From contig JAAYYE010000010.1 in the NCBI GenBank assembly GCA_012515515.1, forward strand, positions 18,258 to 82,257: a stretch of DNA of 64,000 bases, given 5' to 3'. Position numbers and translations under genes: made by a program. Each line of letters begins with the position of its first letter. Position 1 is the stretch's first letter. The stretch comes from Minisyncoccota bacterium. GTDB taxonomy: Bacteria; Patescibacteriota; Microgenomatia; UBA1400; PJMF01. The notes below the pieces were generated by a model. The model worked only from the letters and a program-made list of their open reading frames with translations, ran no database searches and was not told the origin of the DNA. Below are positions 9,346-18,624 of this stretch, in pieces.

Positions 9346-9954
9346 ATGCAGATATTGTTTGCCAGTTCCAATCAGGGCAAAATTGCAGAAGCCAAAGACA
9401 TTTTTCTTAGCAGCAAACATCAGTTGTTAAGTGTTAACGATCAAGAAATTCTTGAACATTTAGGAATAATAGTTCCTAAAAATTTAAATATTCAAGAATC
9501 TGCTGAATCTTTTCAAGCCAACGCCTTAATTAAAGTTCAAGCTTTTCATCACTTTTGTCATTTACCTTGTATTGCCGATGACAGTGGCTTGTTGTTGGAT
9601 GCTTATCCTAATTTTCCAGGAGTGAATTCTAATCGCTGGATTGAAGGTAGTGATTTTGAGCGCAATGTCGCTTTGCTCAAAAAATTAGAGAATCAAGTCA
9701 ATCGTCGTGCAAAATTTCAAACCATACTCTGCCTCTATGCTTACAAAAATCATCAAGCTTTATTTTTCTCAGGAGAAGTAAGTGGCCAGATTGCGCTAAA
9801 AATTCAAGGAACAGAAGGTTTTGGCTATGATCCAATTTTTATCCCTGATTCTTATAACTTAAGTTTTGCGCAATTGGGCGTGGCAGTAAAAAATAAGATT
9901 TCTCATCGGGTGAAAGCCTGGCAAACTTTACTTGAGTTTCTGGAAAAAAATTAA
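9346..9954 (+). CDS. rdgB: Non-canonical purine NTP pyrophosphatase (RdgB/HAM1 family)
   Basis: N-terminal SSNQGKIAE and the C-terminal Ham1 signature GFGYDPIFIP. Confidence 0.8.
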   Translation: MQILFASSNQGKIAEAKDIFLSSKHQLLSVNDQEILEHLGIIVPKNLNIQESAESFQANALIKVQAFHHFCHLPCIADDSGLLLDAYPNFPGVNSNRWIEGSDFERNVALLKKLENQVNRRAKFQTILCLYAYKNHQALFFSGEVSGQIALKIQGTEGFGYDPIFIPDSYNLSFAQLGVAVKNKISHRVKAWQTLLEFLEKN

Positions 9955-9983
9955 GCAAACTGGGCAAGCAACTAGATAAAAAA

Positions 9984-11054
9984 CTAAGCAATAGTAATTT
10001 GTTCGTTTAAATAAACATCCTGAACAGCTTGCAGCAAACGCACGCCCTCAGCCATTGGTCGTTTAAAAGCTTTCCTGCCTAGTATTAATCCTGATCCACC
10101 CGCTCGCTTATTAATGACAGCGCTTCGAACCGCATCTTTTAAATCACTATTAAAATCACCATCAGCACTACTTTCACCACCAGAATTAAGCAAAGGAATT
10201 CTACCAGCATAACAATTGATTACTTGTAAACGAAGCATATCTATTGGATTTTCCGTGCTGAGAGACTCATACATTTCATCATTATATTTAGCAAATTTAA
10301 AATGACGAAAAGCGCCATCAATCGTGGGCATTTTTTGTTTAATAATATCAGCCCCAATTGTGACTCCTAAGCGATTGGCTTGAGCGGTAATATCAGCACT
10401 CGAATTATAATCATTATCTTTAGTTTCCCAGGCGCTGTTGCGTGGATAACACCACAAGATAGTAGCCATACCCAAGCGATGAGCCTCATCAAAGGCTTGA
10501 GCTATTTCAACAATTTGGCGATTACTTTCGGCTGAACCAAAATAAATGGTGGCTCCGACAGCCACTGCTCCCAATTCATAGATTTGTTTAACTTTGGTAA
10601 AAATAACCTGATCCCATTTATTTGGATATGTTAAGAGCTCATTGTGATTGATTTTAACAATTAAGGGAATTTTATCTGCGTATTTTTTACTTATTAATGC
10701 TAAAGCACCAAGGCTAGAAGCGACTCCGCTACTACCTGCTTCAAGGGCTAATCTAACTATATTTTCAGGATCAAAATATAATGGATTTTTATAAAAAGAA
10801 AAGTTAGCACTATGCTCTATATCTTGATCAACTGGCAAAATTGATAAATAGCCGGTGTTGGCTAAACGACCATGAGCATATAATTTTTGTAAATTATCTA
10901 GCACCTTTTGATTACGATTTGATTGCGCAAAAACCTCTTGAACTTGGTTGGGATTAACTTGATAAATCAAGTCTTTCGTTAAATTATTACAACGGTGAGC
11001 CAATAAATACTTGGCCTCTCCATCTAAAAGCTTAACAATATCTTCGTAAGTCAT
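9984..11054 (-). CDS. fbaB: Fructose-bisphosphate aldolase class I (FbaB/DhnA type)
   Basis: Near full-length collinear similarity to E. coli FbaB (LANTGYLSILPVDQDIEHSA ... KINHNELLTYPN ... AVGATIYFGS ... KRAGGSGLILGRKAFKRPM ... LLQAVQDVYL). Confidence 0.9.
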   Translation of the reverse strand: MTYEDIVKLLDGEAKYLLAHRCNNLTKDLIYQVNPNQVQEVFAQSNRNQKVLDNLQKLYAHGRLANTGYLSILPVDQDIEHSANFSFYKNPLYFDPENIVRLALEAGSSGVASSLGALALISKKYADKIPLIVKINHNELLTYPNKWDQVIFTKVKQIYELGAVAVGATIYFGSAESNRQIVEIAQAFDEAHRLGMATILWCYPRNSAWETKDNDYNSSADITAQANRLGVTIGADIIKQKMPTIDGAFRHFKFAKYNDEMYESLSTENPIDMLRLQVINCYAGRIPLLNSGGESSADGDFNSDLKDAVRSAVINKRAGGSGLILGRKAFKRPMAEGVRLLQAVQDVYLNEQITIA

Positions 11055-11060
11055 GTGTGC

Positions 11061-11594
11061 TTATTTCTTGCTTTTTTTAGGTTTAGGTTTAGATTCAGAA
11101 ACTTTAGGGTTTTTTGCAGCAACAAATTCAGCGCGAATTTCATAAAGAAAATAGAAAGTAATTACAGCAGAAATTAAGGAGCTCCATATACCTCCCCAAC
11201 CCAAAACTAATAAAACAAGGCTGTGCGCTACAGATACAATACCGGTCCAAAATAGCAAAAGCCAAGCCTCATATTCTTTATTTTTAATAAGTTTGTGGGA
11301 CATCAAGTAAAGAGCACCAATTAAAATAGCAAAAGCAGCGTTGACATAATAATAAGATCGCCCAATTCCTATCCATTCTGTAAGAAAACTGCGACGACTA
11401 TAGGATAATAAATTTTCTACTCCAGAAAATACAGATGCTACGCCAAAAACTAAAACTAAAATGGGTAAGACTTTAACAATATTTTTTACCCAGTCTTTTG
11501 GAAGATGGGGCAAGTCTTTGAGAAGTGCTTCTCCTTTTTGAGCGATTTCTTTAATTCGTTTGCTGTATAGAACAGAATTAAGTTTTTTCATCAT
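11061..11594 (-). CDS. Hypothetical integral membrane protein (about 4 TM, Lys-rich C-terminus)
   Basis: Hydrophobic segments throughout; no recognisable motif. Confidence 0.4.
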   Translation of the reverse strand: MMKKLNSVLYSKRIKEIAQKGEALLKDLPHLPKDWVKNIVKVLPILVLVFGVASVFSGVENLLSYSRRSFLTEWIGIGRSYYYVNAAFAILIGALYLMSHKLIKNKEYEAWLLLFWTGIVSVAHSLVLLVLGWGGIWSSLISAVITFYFLYEIRAEFVAAKNPKVSESKPKPKKSKK

Positions 11595-11737
11595 AATAAA
11601 TTATTCTAGCAAAAATTTTATTGTTTTAATAGTCAATCATTGAAAAATTTGCTTTTTATTGTTAGACTAGACCACCTTTATAAACAAACTTTAGAAATTT
11701 AAATAAAAATAATAGCATTGGACAGAAGCCAACAACA

Positions 11738-12793
11738 ATGAAAAATATAAAAAATAAAAACAAGTTTAAAACTTTTTTCACTGATAAAAGTAAAAGACGC
11801 AAATTATTCTTTGGCCTATTGATTATTATAGTAGTTATGGCCTTATTTTTTTGGAATCGAGCTAAAAAACAAGAAGTTGAATTTAGCGAGTATCAGCTCT
11901 CTCGACAAGATATTAGCCAAACCATGCTTTTATCAGGAAATCTTGATGCTAAAGAAAGAGTTAATTTGAATTTTGCGGGTGGCGGAAAGCTGGTTTATTT
12001 GGGAGCAAAAACAGGCGACTGGGTCAATAAATGGCAAACCATTGCCACTATTGATACTCGAGATTTACAAAAAAATCTTGAGAAAAATCTTAATTATTAC
12101 GAAAATACTCGATTAGACTGGGACGCTCAATTAAAAGAAGACGAAGGCGAAGTTTTAGATGACGATGAAAAACGAGCGCGAAAAAAAGAGCAAAATCTCA
12201 TGGATAATACTGTTTTAGATGTGGAATTAACGAGCGTTGCTGTTGATGGTCGAGTGATGAGTGCTCCTTTCGCTGGAATTTTACTATCCTCACCGACGCC
12301 TGTGACAGGAGTGGTCTTATCTCCCAGCGACGTTTTTGAATTAATTAATCCCAAAACTTTGCTGATTAGAGCCGAGATTGATGAAATTGATCTGCCACTA
12401 ATTTCCCTGGGTCAAACAGCTAAAATTATTTTTAATGCTTATGCAGAAGAAGAAATTGTCAGTCAAATCGATTACATTGCTTTTAAAAGTATGACTGGTA
12501 GCACTGGCACAGTTTTTCAACTAGAGTTACCTCTGGCTGGAATTGAAGATTTGAATAAGTATCGAATTGGCATGAATGTAGATGTCGAAATTGAGTTAGC
12601 CAAAAAAAGTGATGTCTTAGTAGTTCCCTTAGAAGCCATTTTTAGTCAAGAAGGTCAAACAATGGTTAAGGTCAAAAACCCAAATCAACTCACTCCCGAG
12701 GACAGAGTAATTAAACTAGGTTTAGAAAATGATGAAATGGCAGAAGTAGTTGAGGGTTTAGAAGAAGGCGAAATTATTCTTATTGAAAGTTAG
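11738..12793 (+). CDS. Efflux pump periplasmic adaptor (HlyD/MacA family)
   Basis: N-terminal TM anchor, coiled-coil hairpin region and beta-barrel/lipoyl-type segments. Immediately upstream of an ABC ATPase and an FtsX-type permease, as in MacAB systems. Confidence 0.65.
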   Translation: MKNIKNKNKFKTFFTDKSKRRKLFFGLLIIIVVMALFFWNRAKKQEVEFSEYQLSRQDISQTMLLSGNLDAKERVNLNFAGGGKLVYLGAKTGDWVNKWQTIATIDTRDLQKNLEKNLNYYENTRLDWDAQLKEDEGEVLDDDEKRARKKEQNLMDNTVLDVELTSVAVDGRVMSAPFAGILLSSPTPVTGVVLSPSDVFELINPKTLLIRAEIDEIDLPLISLGQTAKIIFNAYAEEEIVSQIDYIAFKSMTGSTGTVFQLELPLAGIEDLNKYRIGMNVDVEIELAKKSDVLVVPLEAIFSQEGQTMVKVKNPNQLTPEDRVIKLGLENDEMAEVVEGLEEGEIILIES

Positions 12794-12795
12794 AT

Positions 12796-13524
12796 TTGCT
12801 TATGGCTAAAACTAAAAAGAGTCTCACAGCCATTTTGGAGTTGAAAGAAGTTTCTAAAATTTATACTTTAGGTGAGCAACAAATCCCAGCTTTAAACAAA
12901 TTATCCTTAAGTATTTGTGAGGGAGATTTTGTGGTAATTATGGGGGCATCTGGATCTGGCAAATCAACTCTATTGCAAGTAGCTAGCATGCTATCTCAAG
13001 CCACGCATGGAGAAATTTTTCTAAAAGGCAAAAACGTGACTGAATATGATGAGGTAGATCGAGCTCATTTGCGTAATAAAGAAATTGGGTTTATTTTTCA
13101 GCAATTTAACCTACTAGCCAAAACCCCAGCTCTTGAACAAGTTGAGTTGCCTCTGGTTTATGCTAAAGTTTCTGAAGAAGAAAGAAAAGAAAGAGCGACA
13201 GTCATGCTCAAAAAACTAGGTTTAGGCAATCGCTTATCAAATAAGCCAGGAGAATTATCTGGTGGACAACAACAACGAGTGGCAATTGCTCGAGCTTTAG
13301 TCAATAATCCGAGTATTATTTTTGCTGATGAACCAACCGGTAATCTTGATTCAAAATCTGGAGATGAAATAAAAAAAATCTTAATTCAACTTAATCAGGA
13401 AGGCAAAACTATTATTTTGGTTACTCATGATCAAAGTGTAGCAAAAATTGCCAGTCGTGAAATTATTATTAAAGATGGTCAGATAGTTAAAGATCGTCGA
13501 ACTGATGGTAAAAAATGCTATTAA
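12796..13524 (+). CDS. ABC transporter ATP-binding protein (MacB/LolD-type)
   Basis: Walker [10 protein letters not shown]; ABC signature [15 protein letters not shown]; Walker [13 protein letters not shown]; H-loop VTHD. Confidence 0.9.
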   Translation: MLMAKTKKSLTAILELKEVSKIYTLGEQQIPALNKLSLSICEGDFVVIMGASGSGKSTLLQVASMLSQATHGEIFLKGKNVTEYDEVDRAHLRNKEIGFIFQQFNLLAKTPALEQVELPLVYAKVSEEERKERATVMLKKLGLGNRLSNKPGELSGGQQQRVAIARALVNNPSIIFADEPTGNLDSKSGDEIKKILIQLNQEGKTIILVTHDQSVAKIASREIIIKDGQIVKDRRTDGKKCY

Positions 13525-14723
13525 ATACTTTTAAAGTTGCCACTAAGGCTCTATTAGTCAATAAGGGTCGAACTTTTTTAACAACTCTAGGCATTATTAT
13601 TGGAGTTTTTTCAGTGGTGATGTTGACCGGTTTGGGCAATGGTTTACAAGCTTATGTTTCCGAACAGTTTGAGAGCTTGGGCTCTAACACAGTTTTTGTA
13701 TCAATGGGTCAAATGCTTGATAGAGAGGGCGGTGTCGGTCAAGGAACCATGGATCGTTTTCTCTCAGAAAAAAAATTTACACTACGGGATATTGAGCGAG
13801 TCAAAAGACTTAGGGAATATGTAAAGGACGTTGCTTATAATTCTTCGGGAATTGATGAAGCTAAATTTCTAAATAATACGATGAGAGTCACTATTTTAGG
13901 CACTTTGGCGAATTATCCAGAAGTGATTACCGTCAAGATAGCTAGTGGGCGATATTTTAATGAAAGTGAAGAAAGATCTGGAGATAGGGTAGTGGTTTTA
14001 GGTCATGGGGTAGCTGAAGAATTATTTGATCGTGTTGATCCAGTTTCTCGAAAATTACGCATTGGCAATCAAGTATTTACTGTGGTGGGAGTGGCAGCCG
14101 AACAAGGTCAAAGTTTTTCTGGAGCTGGTTTCGACAACCGTGTGTATGCTCCTCATTCATTAGTTAGTCGAATTTATGAAGGTGGAGATTTAACTGAATT
14201 TGCAGTAAAAATTAAAGATCCAAGTTTGATTCCACAAGCAATTAAAGCAATTGAAAAAGAATTAGAAAAAAGTTTGGACGAAGATGACTTTAGCGTTTTT
14301 GATCAATCTCAGTTATTAGACACAATTAATAATATTTTGTCCATGTTAACTGTGGCATTGGGCGGTATTGCCGCCATTTCCTTGTTGGTCGGTGGGATTG
14401 GCATCATGAATATTATGTTGGTGTCAGTTTCAGAACGCACTAGAGAAATTGGCTTGCGTAAGGCTTTAGGAGCGACGCCTAAGCAAATTTTAGTACAATT
14501 TTTAATTGAAGCATCAATACTTTCTATTTTTGGGGGTTTGATGGGCTTGGCTTTAGCTGGGCTTGGTACTTGGGCTATCCAATCAATTTTTCCAGCTAAA
14601 ATTACCTTAACAGCGGTCCTCTTAGCTCTTGGAGTATCAACAGCCGTTGGCTTAATTTTTGGCGTAGCGCCAGCTAAACGAGCGGCTAATCTTTCGCCAA
14701 TTGAAGCCTTGAGATACGAATAG
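13515..14723 (+). CDS. ABC transporter permease, FtsX/MacB family
   Basis: N-terminal TM, a large periplasmic domain and a C-terminal 3-TM FtsX-like bundle. Overlaps the ATPase gene by 10 nt (translational coupling). Confidence 0.85.
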   Translation: MLLNTFKVATKALLVNKGRTFLTTLGIIIGVFSVVMLTGLGNGLQAYVSEQFESLGSNTVFVSMGQMLDREGGVGQGTMDRFLSEKKFTLRDIERVKRLREYVKDVAYNSSGIDEAKFLNNTMRVTILGTLANYPEVITVKIASGRYFNESEERSGDRVVVLGHGVAEELFDRVDPVSRKLRIGNQVFTVVGVAAEQGQSFSGAGFDNRVYAPHSLVSRIYEGGDLTEFAVKIKDPSLIPQAIKAIEKELEKSLDEDDFSVFDQSQLLDTINNILSMLTVALGGIAAISLLVGGIGIMNIMLVSVSERTREIGLRKALGATPKQILVQFLIEASILSIFGGLMGLALAGLGTWAIQSIFPAKITLTAVLLALGVSTAVGLIFGVAPAKRAANLSPIEALRYE

Positions 14724-14803
14724 AATTTTACTGAGAAAAATTTACTAGTTTTGTTTCCAATTAAAAGAATTTGTTGAGAAATTTAATAATAAAAAGTGAC
14801 TTT

Positions 14804-15094
14804 TTAATTTTCTTTATCAATTTTACGAACCCAAAGCTTTTTAAAATACACTTTTAGTTTTTGATATAACAACGCTGAAATCACAATTGGAATTAAAAAA
14901 GGTCTGGGAAAGAGAAAGTACATAAAAAACATTAACTCGAAAATATTATTGGGCAAAGGAATTGCTGTTCCAGATGTTGATGGTTGCGGAGGAAGCACTT
15001 TCATCAAATGTAGCAGGTTGACTATTAATAGTGGCAGGAGAAAAGCTATTCCAACTGATGAAATAATTGCAAGAAGCAATGGTTTGCGGCGCAT
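14804..15094 (-). CDS. Small hypothetical membrane protein (96 aa, 2-3 TM)
   Basis: ORF with hydrophobic helices only; weak support. Confidence 0.3.
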   Translation of the reverse strand: MRRKPLLLAIISSVGIAFLLPLLIVNLLHLMKVLPPQPSTSGTAIPLPNNIFELMFFMYFLFPRPFLIPIVISALLYQKLKVYFKKLWVRKIDKEN

Positions 15095-15334
15095 TAATTA
15101 CTTATACAATGCTTAAAACATTTTGTGAACTGGAAAGTTGGTAGAGGAAGAAGTAGTGGATGATTAATTTCTCAATTATTTACAGATGAATTGAATTGCT
15201 TAGTAATTACTCCAAATCTAATATTGGCCAAAGACATCATAAAAAAGTTGATCAATTTTTACTTAATTAAAAATTTAAGAGAAAGTCATGAACAAACAAA
15301 GTGAAAAATTATTAAGAAATGATAGAATATAATT

Positions 15335-15757
15335 ATGCAAAAACAAATTTCAATAAATCAGGCTATTGAACATTTTAGTATTCTCAAAAAACTACCTATA
15401 AGTAGGGCTTGGAGAGGTTATGGATCTTCTATCTTCTTTGAATTTGGTAAAATTGATGATAAAGGAGCAGGTGATTACACTCTAGCTGTTTCAAATAACT
15501 GGTGGCTAAAAAGTAGTGCTTTATCCTTAGATGCTGGGAGCAGTTTTAGTGAGATTGATAATTTTCTTCAAAAATTAATGAGTATGTCTTTGCAAGATGT
15601 ATCTGTTGTAGACGATAAACTACTATTTACTTTTGATAATTGTGAACTAAAAATTATTTTGAATAGTATGGAAAATAATGGATGGTCATTAAACAAAATT
15701 GAAGAAGCTTTTTTGACCACGTCTGGTGGAAGTTTTATTTTAGAAAAAGAGGACTAA
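15335..15757 (+). CDS. Hypothetical soluble protein (140 aa), orphan gene with its own terminator
   Basis: Clean ORF preceded by a 240-bp AT-rich intergenic region and followed by a perfect 9-bp-stem terminator hairpin that includes its stop codon. No recognisable motif. Confidence 0.4.
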   Translation: MQKQISINQAIEHFSILKKLPISRAWRGYGSSIFFEFGKIDDKGAGDYTLAVSNNWWLKSSALSLDAGSSFSEIDNFLQKLMSMSLQDVSVVDDKLLFTFDNCELKIILNSMENNGWSLNKIEEAFLTTSGGSFILEKED

Positions 15758-15779
15758 TTTCTTAGTCCTCTACTTTTTT
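15749..15779 (+). terminator. Rho-independent terminator (GAGGACTAA-TTTC-TTAGTCCTC followed by TACTTTTTTG)
   Basis: Perfect 9-bp inverted repeat with a 4-nt loop, followed by a T-run. The stem contains the TAA stop of the 15335-15757 gene. Confidence 0.7.
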
Positions 15780-16160
15780 GCTTGCCGACAGGAATTTCTC
15801 CCTAACGGATGCGTAATACTACTTCGCTGGCAGCGGACTTCAGCTCTTCATAGGACATGTAGTCTTTATATACACCTAAGTCTTTTTGTTATTGTAAAAT
15901 AAATTATTCAAATTTTTTTATCTACAATAACACTATGCACAAAGGTTTCTTGTCAATTTAAGATACGCTCCCCCCTCAACGCTTGCTTTGTTGTAAATAA
16001 ACACTAGTGTGGTAAGTCTAACAGTGGATGCGTGCATGGACACCCCTAGTCAAGTAGGGGGAGGGGATAAAGTATGTCAAAAAAAGCCGATATAGAGCGT
16101 GTGAGAAGACAGTTTTATTCAAGCAAATTAAGGTTTTTAAAGCCTCAAATGGACAAAATG

Positions 16161-16232
16161 TGACCCTATGGGGAATCGAACCCCAGTTGCCGGGATGAGA
16201 ACCCGATGTCCTAACCGCTAGACGATAGGGCC
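16161..16232 (-). tRNA. tRNA-Glu (anticodon CTC), no encoded CCA
   Basis: The reverse complement folds as a cloverleaf: acceptor GGCCCTA/TAGGGTC, D-arm GTCT/GGAC, anticodon stem TCGGG/CCCGG with loop TTCTCAT (CTC), T-arm TGGGG-TTCGATT-CCCCA, discriminator A. Confidence 0.8.
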
Positions 16233-16306
16233 TAGTTACCTCTGGATTATACAAATTTTTTAAGCCTTTGTAAATGTGAGCAAGTTTGTCATTTTCTATT
16301 TAGATA

Positions 16307-17302
16307 ATGCATTTAATGCGTCGTTTAATATTTTTCTTACTACTAATTATTTTTTATCTGCTTTTTCCCAATATTATTGATGCGCACGAATTACAATTCA
16401 CAATTCCTGACAACATTATTCAGCTTAAATTACCTGGGGACTATCAAATTAAGCAGCAGCTACAAGTTTCCGAAAAAAATGAAGAGAACAGACGCAATGA
16501 GCAAAGTAATGAAGCACAAGACAATTTTTATTTAATAAGGGAAGATCAGTCTTATTTACTCAAGGAATATTTTGATCCTAACTTAATCATTGAAATAGAT
16601 AAGTTTTATTCACTAGAGCTAGCCAAAGATTTTTCACCTGCCATCAGCTTTGAATATTTTGTTGACAGTGCTGAAGACTTATCTGCCTTTGATGAGCCAG
16701 TTTTTTACATCAGCATTGAGGGAGAATCTAAGCAAGAATTAATTTTTGCCAAAACTATAAAACAAAGCGATGGTCAGTGGCAAAAAGTTATTTTAGATTT
16801 AAGAGTCTATGATTTATTTGATAAACATTTGCATTTTTACGCGGGAAATTTAGGAGACCAAAACAAGCCAAGTTCTGTTTATATAAAAAATCTTAGTTCA
16901 CAACTGATTGTGTGGCAGGCTGGCGATCAATTGTTACTAGACAATCAACTTATTCAAAATCCAGAAGAATACATTGAACAAGGAAAGATCAGGATTGCGG
17001 AAAATGATTGGCCAATTTATCAATTTATTTCGCAGAAAATTACTAAGCCGATTGTTATCGAGGAAGTTGATGGTAGTTTTACTTTTATATTTTCAGCAAT
17101 TAGTGAAAATATATTTAAGAATCATCGTTGGTTTTTAACTTGCGGTCAAGAAAAGAGCGAACAATTAATCCAAAAAAACCATTTCCTTTTTCCTCAAATG
17201 ACTATTACAGATTTTTGGCCCAATTTTGGCGAAGAAATTATCATTAATGTTCAAGATTTAAGCTGTGTAAATTCAAGTAGTGCTTATTTGGAGGTGATTT
17301 GA
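16307..17302 (+). CDS. Hypothetical secreted protein (N-terminal signal peptide/TM)
   Basis: Hydrophobic N-terminus (LIFFLLLIIFYLLF), then a soluble acidic domain. No motif recognised. Confidence 0.4.
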   Translation: MHLMRRLIFFLLLIIFYLLFPNIIDAHELQFTIPDNIIQLKLPGDYQIKQQLQVSEKNEENRRNEQSNEAQDNFYLIREDQSYLLKEYFDPNLIIEIDKFYSLELAKDFSPAISFEYFVDSAEDLSAFDEPVFYISIEGESKQELIFAKTIKQSDGQWQKVILDLRVYDLFDKHLHFYAGNLGDQNKPSSVYIKNLSSQLIVWQAGDQLLLDNQLIQNPEEYIEQGKIRIAENDWPIYQFISQKITKPIVIEEVDGSFTFIFSAISENIFKNHRWFLTCGQEKSEQLIQKNHFLFPQMTITDFWPNFGEEIIINVQDLSCVNSSSAYLEVI

Positions 17303-17961
17303 TGCCCAGTGGTCATCAAATAATTATCAATTGCGGATTAAATGCTACTGATCAGTGTCAATTAGCTGAAGAGTCTTTGCCTGGAATTAATATTAAAACC
17401 CAGCGAACACCTGCCCAATACAACTATTATTTATTAATTCATAATTACTTAAAAGATAGCTGTCAGCTGAGTTTGGAAGCCAGCCCCGAGCAAGAAGTTG
17501 GGGAAAAACCTTGGTCCAAAATATTTGTCAAAATATTTCAGCAAAACCAACTCTTATTTGATGGCAATTTACAAGTATTTTTTCAAGAAAAAATTGATCT
17601 TTTAACCCTTGCTAGTGATAGTTTTAAGCTTTATCGATTGGAATTTTATTTAGCAGAAGCCAGAGAAGAATTTCAAACAAACTTTTTATTAAATTTTAAG
17701 CTTAATTGTCAACAGGCAGCAACTGCTCAGCCTCAAAATCAAGAAGTTTTAGGCCTTCAAAGTGAAGAAGGAGTGCCACAAGCCCTTCCAGCACAAGCCG
17801 CTGTTGCACCAGTGGCGCCAGAACCCAAGACATTTGTAATTATTTGCTTAATTATCTTCATCTTTTTTTTAATATTAATATTTTTTATTTATCGATCAAT
17901 ATTTCCTAAATCAAAGCAAAAGGAAAAAGTATTAATTAGCTCAAAGAAAGGTAATCTATGA
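17299..17961 (+). CDS. Hypothetical C-terminally membrane-anchored protein (Pro/Ala/Gln-rich linker then a TM)
   Basis: C-terminal sequence PQALPAQAAVAPVAPEPK followed by a hydrophobic helix and a basic tail. Overlaps its neighbours by 4 nt on each side. Confidence 0.4.
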   Translation: MMPSGHQIIINCGLNATDQCQLAEESLPGINIKTQRTPAQYNYYLLIHNYLKDSCQLSLEASPEQEVGEKPWSKIFVKIFQQNQLLFDGNLQVFFQEKIDLLTLASDSFKLYRLEFYLAEAREEFQTNFLLNFKLNCQQAATAQPQNQEVLGLQSEEGVPQALPAQAAVAPVAPEPKTFVIICLIIFIFFLILIFFIYRSIFPKSKQKEKVLISSKKGNL

Positions 17962-18560
17962 GCAAAAATAAAAAAATTAAAAAACTAAGCTTGGGTCTTG
18001 TGTTGACAATAGTTTTGCTGTTTGGTGCATTGCGCCTATCAAAAGCATTGTTTTCAGATGTTGAAACCTTACAAGACAATACGGCTGGAGCTGCCAGTGT
18101 TAATTTACAGTTGGGTGGCAAGGATCCAACTGTAGTTAAATTTTCTTTTCCCAACCTAATTCCTGGAGTGCCAGTTAGTTCGACAGTTGGGGTGACAGAC
18201 ATAGGCACAGGGGCAGATTTTGATGAAAACTTGTATATTGGATTGGTAGTTACCGACAGTGACGAAGGCACTAATACTGAGGCTGAAACCGATATCACTG
18301 GAGAAGGTGAACTTGATGATTGCTTAATGATGCGAGTAAGCTACAAAGATTTGGGTGGTAATATGGTTGAAATTCAGCCCTACACATTGTTTTCTGAATT
18401 AGAAAACATCTTTATTGACGAAGAGAACTTTTCGGCACTGGATGATTTGTTACAGATTACCACGGTCAATATAACTTTTGATGTTAGTGCTGATGCTTGT
18501 GGCAATGAAGCGATGGGAGATACAGTTACTTTTGATCTAAATTTCTATTACGAACAGTAA
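17958..18560 (+). CDS. TasA/camelysin (peptidase M73)-like secreted protein with a SipW-cognate-class signal peptide
   Basis: A basic N-terminus and hydrophobic core are followed by ALFSDVETLQDNTAGAASVNLQLGG..PTVV....NLIPG. This parallels the TasA/CalY mature N-terminus (AFNDIKSKDATFASGTLDL / FFSDKEVSNNTFAAGTLDLEL..STVV..SNLKPG). Confidence 0.55.
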   Translation: MSKNKKIKKLSLGLVLTIVLLFGALRLSKALFSDVETLQDNTAGAASVNLQLGGKDPTVVKFSFPNLIPGVPVSSTVGVTDIGTGADFDENLYIGLVVTDSDEGTNTEAETDITGEGELDDCLMMRVSYKDLGGNMVEIQPYTLFSELENIFIDEENFSALDDLLQITTVNITFDVSADACGNEAMGDTVTFDLNFYYEQ

Positions 18561-18565
18561 GCTTG

Positions 18566-18606
18566 TGGCGAGTCAAGCAATGCTTGCTTGACTCGCCATT
18601 ATTTGT
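18566..18606 (+). terminator. Rho-independent terminator (15-bp perfect stem TGGCGAGTCAAGCAA / TTGCTTGACTCGCCA, loop TGC, then TTATTTG)
   Basis: Perfect inverted repeat immediately after the TAA at 18558-18560, followed by a T-rich tract. Confidence 0.75.
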
Positions 18607-18624
18607 CATAATGATTTACTATTT

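Noticed and set aside
12170-12190. A7-A9 homopolymer tracts inside several genes (e.g. 12176, 18639, 23965, 28598, 38776) as phase-variation switches
   Set aside because: A/T runs of this length are expected by chance at this base composition. Only the dnaX A10 tract has a functionally meaningful alternative-frame outcome.
14724-14803. AAAAAGTGACTTTTT hairpin as a terminator for the FtsX gene
   Set aside because: The stem is AT-only with a 1-3-nt loop, too weak and too small to be called a terminator with any confidence.
16018-16254. 78-aa minus-strand ORF from the six-frame track
   Set aside because: It runs straight through the tRNA-Glu gene and the GC-rich non-coding element. It is a read-through artefact of GC-rich RNA-coding sequence, not a protein gene.
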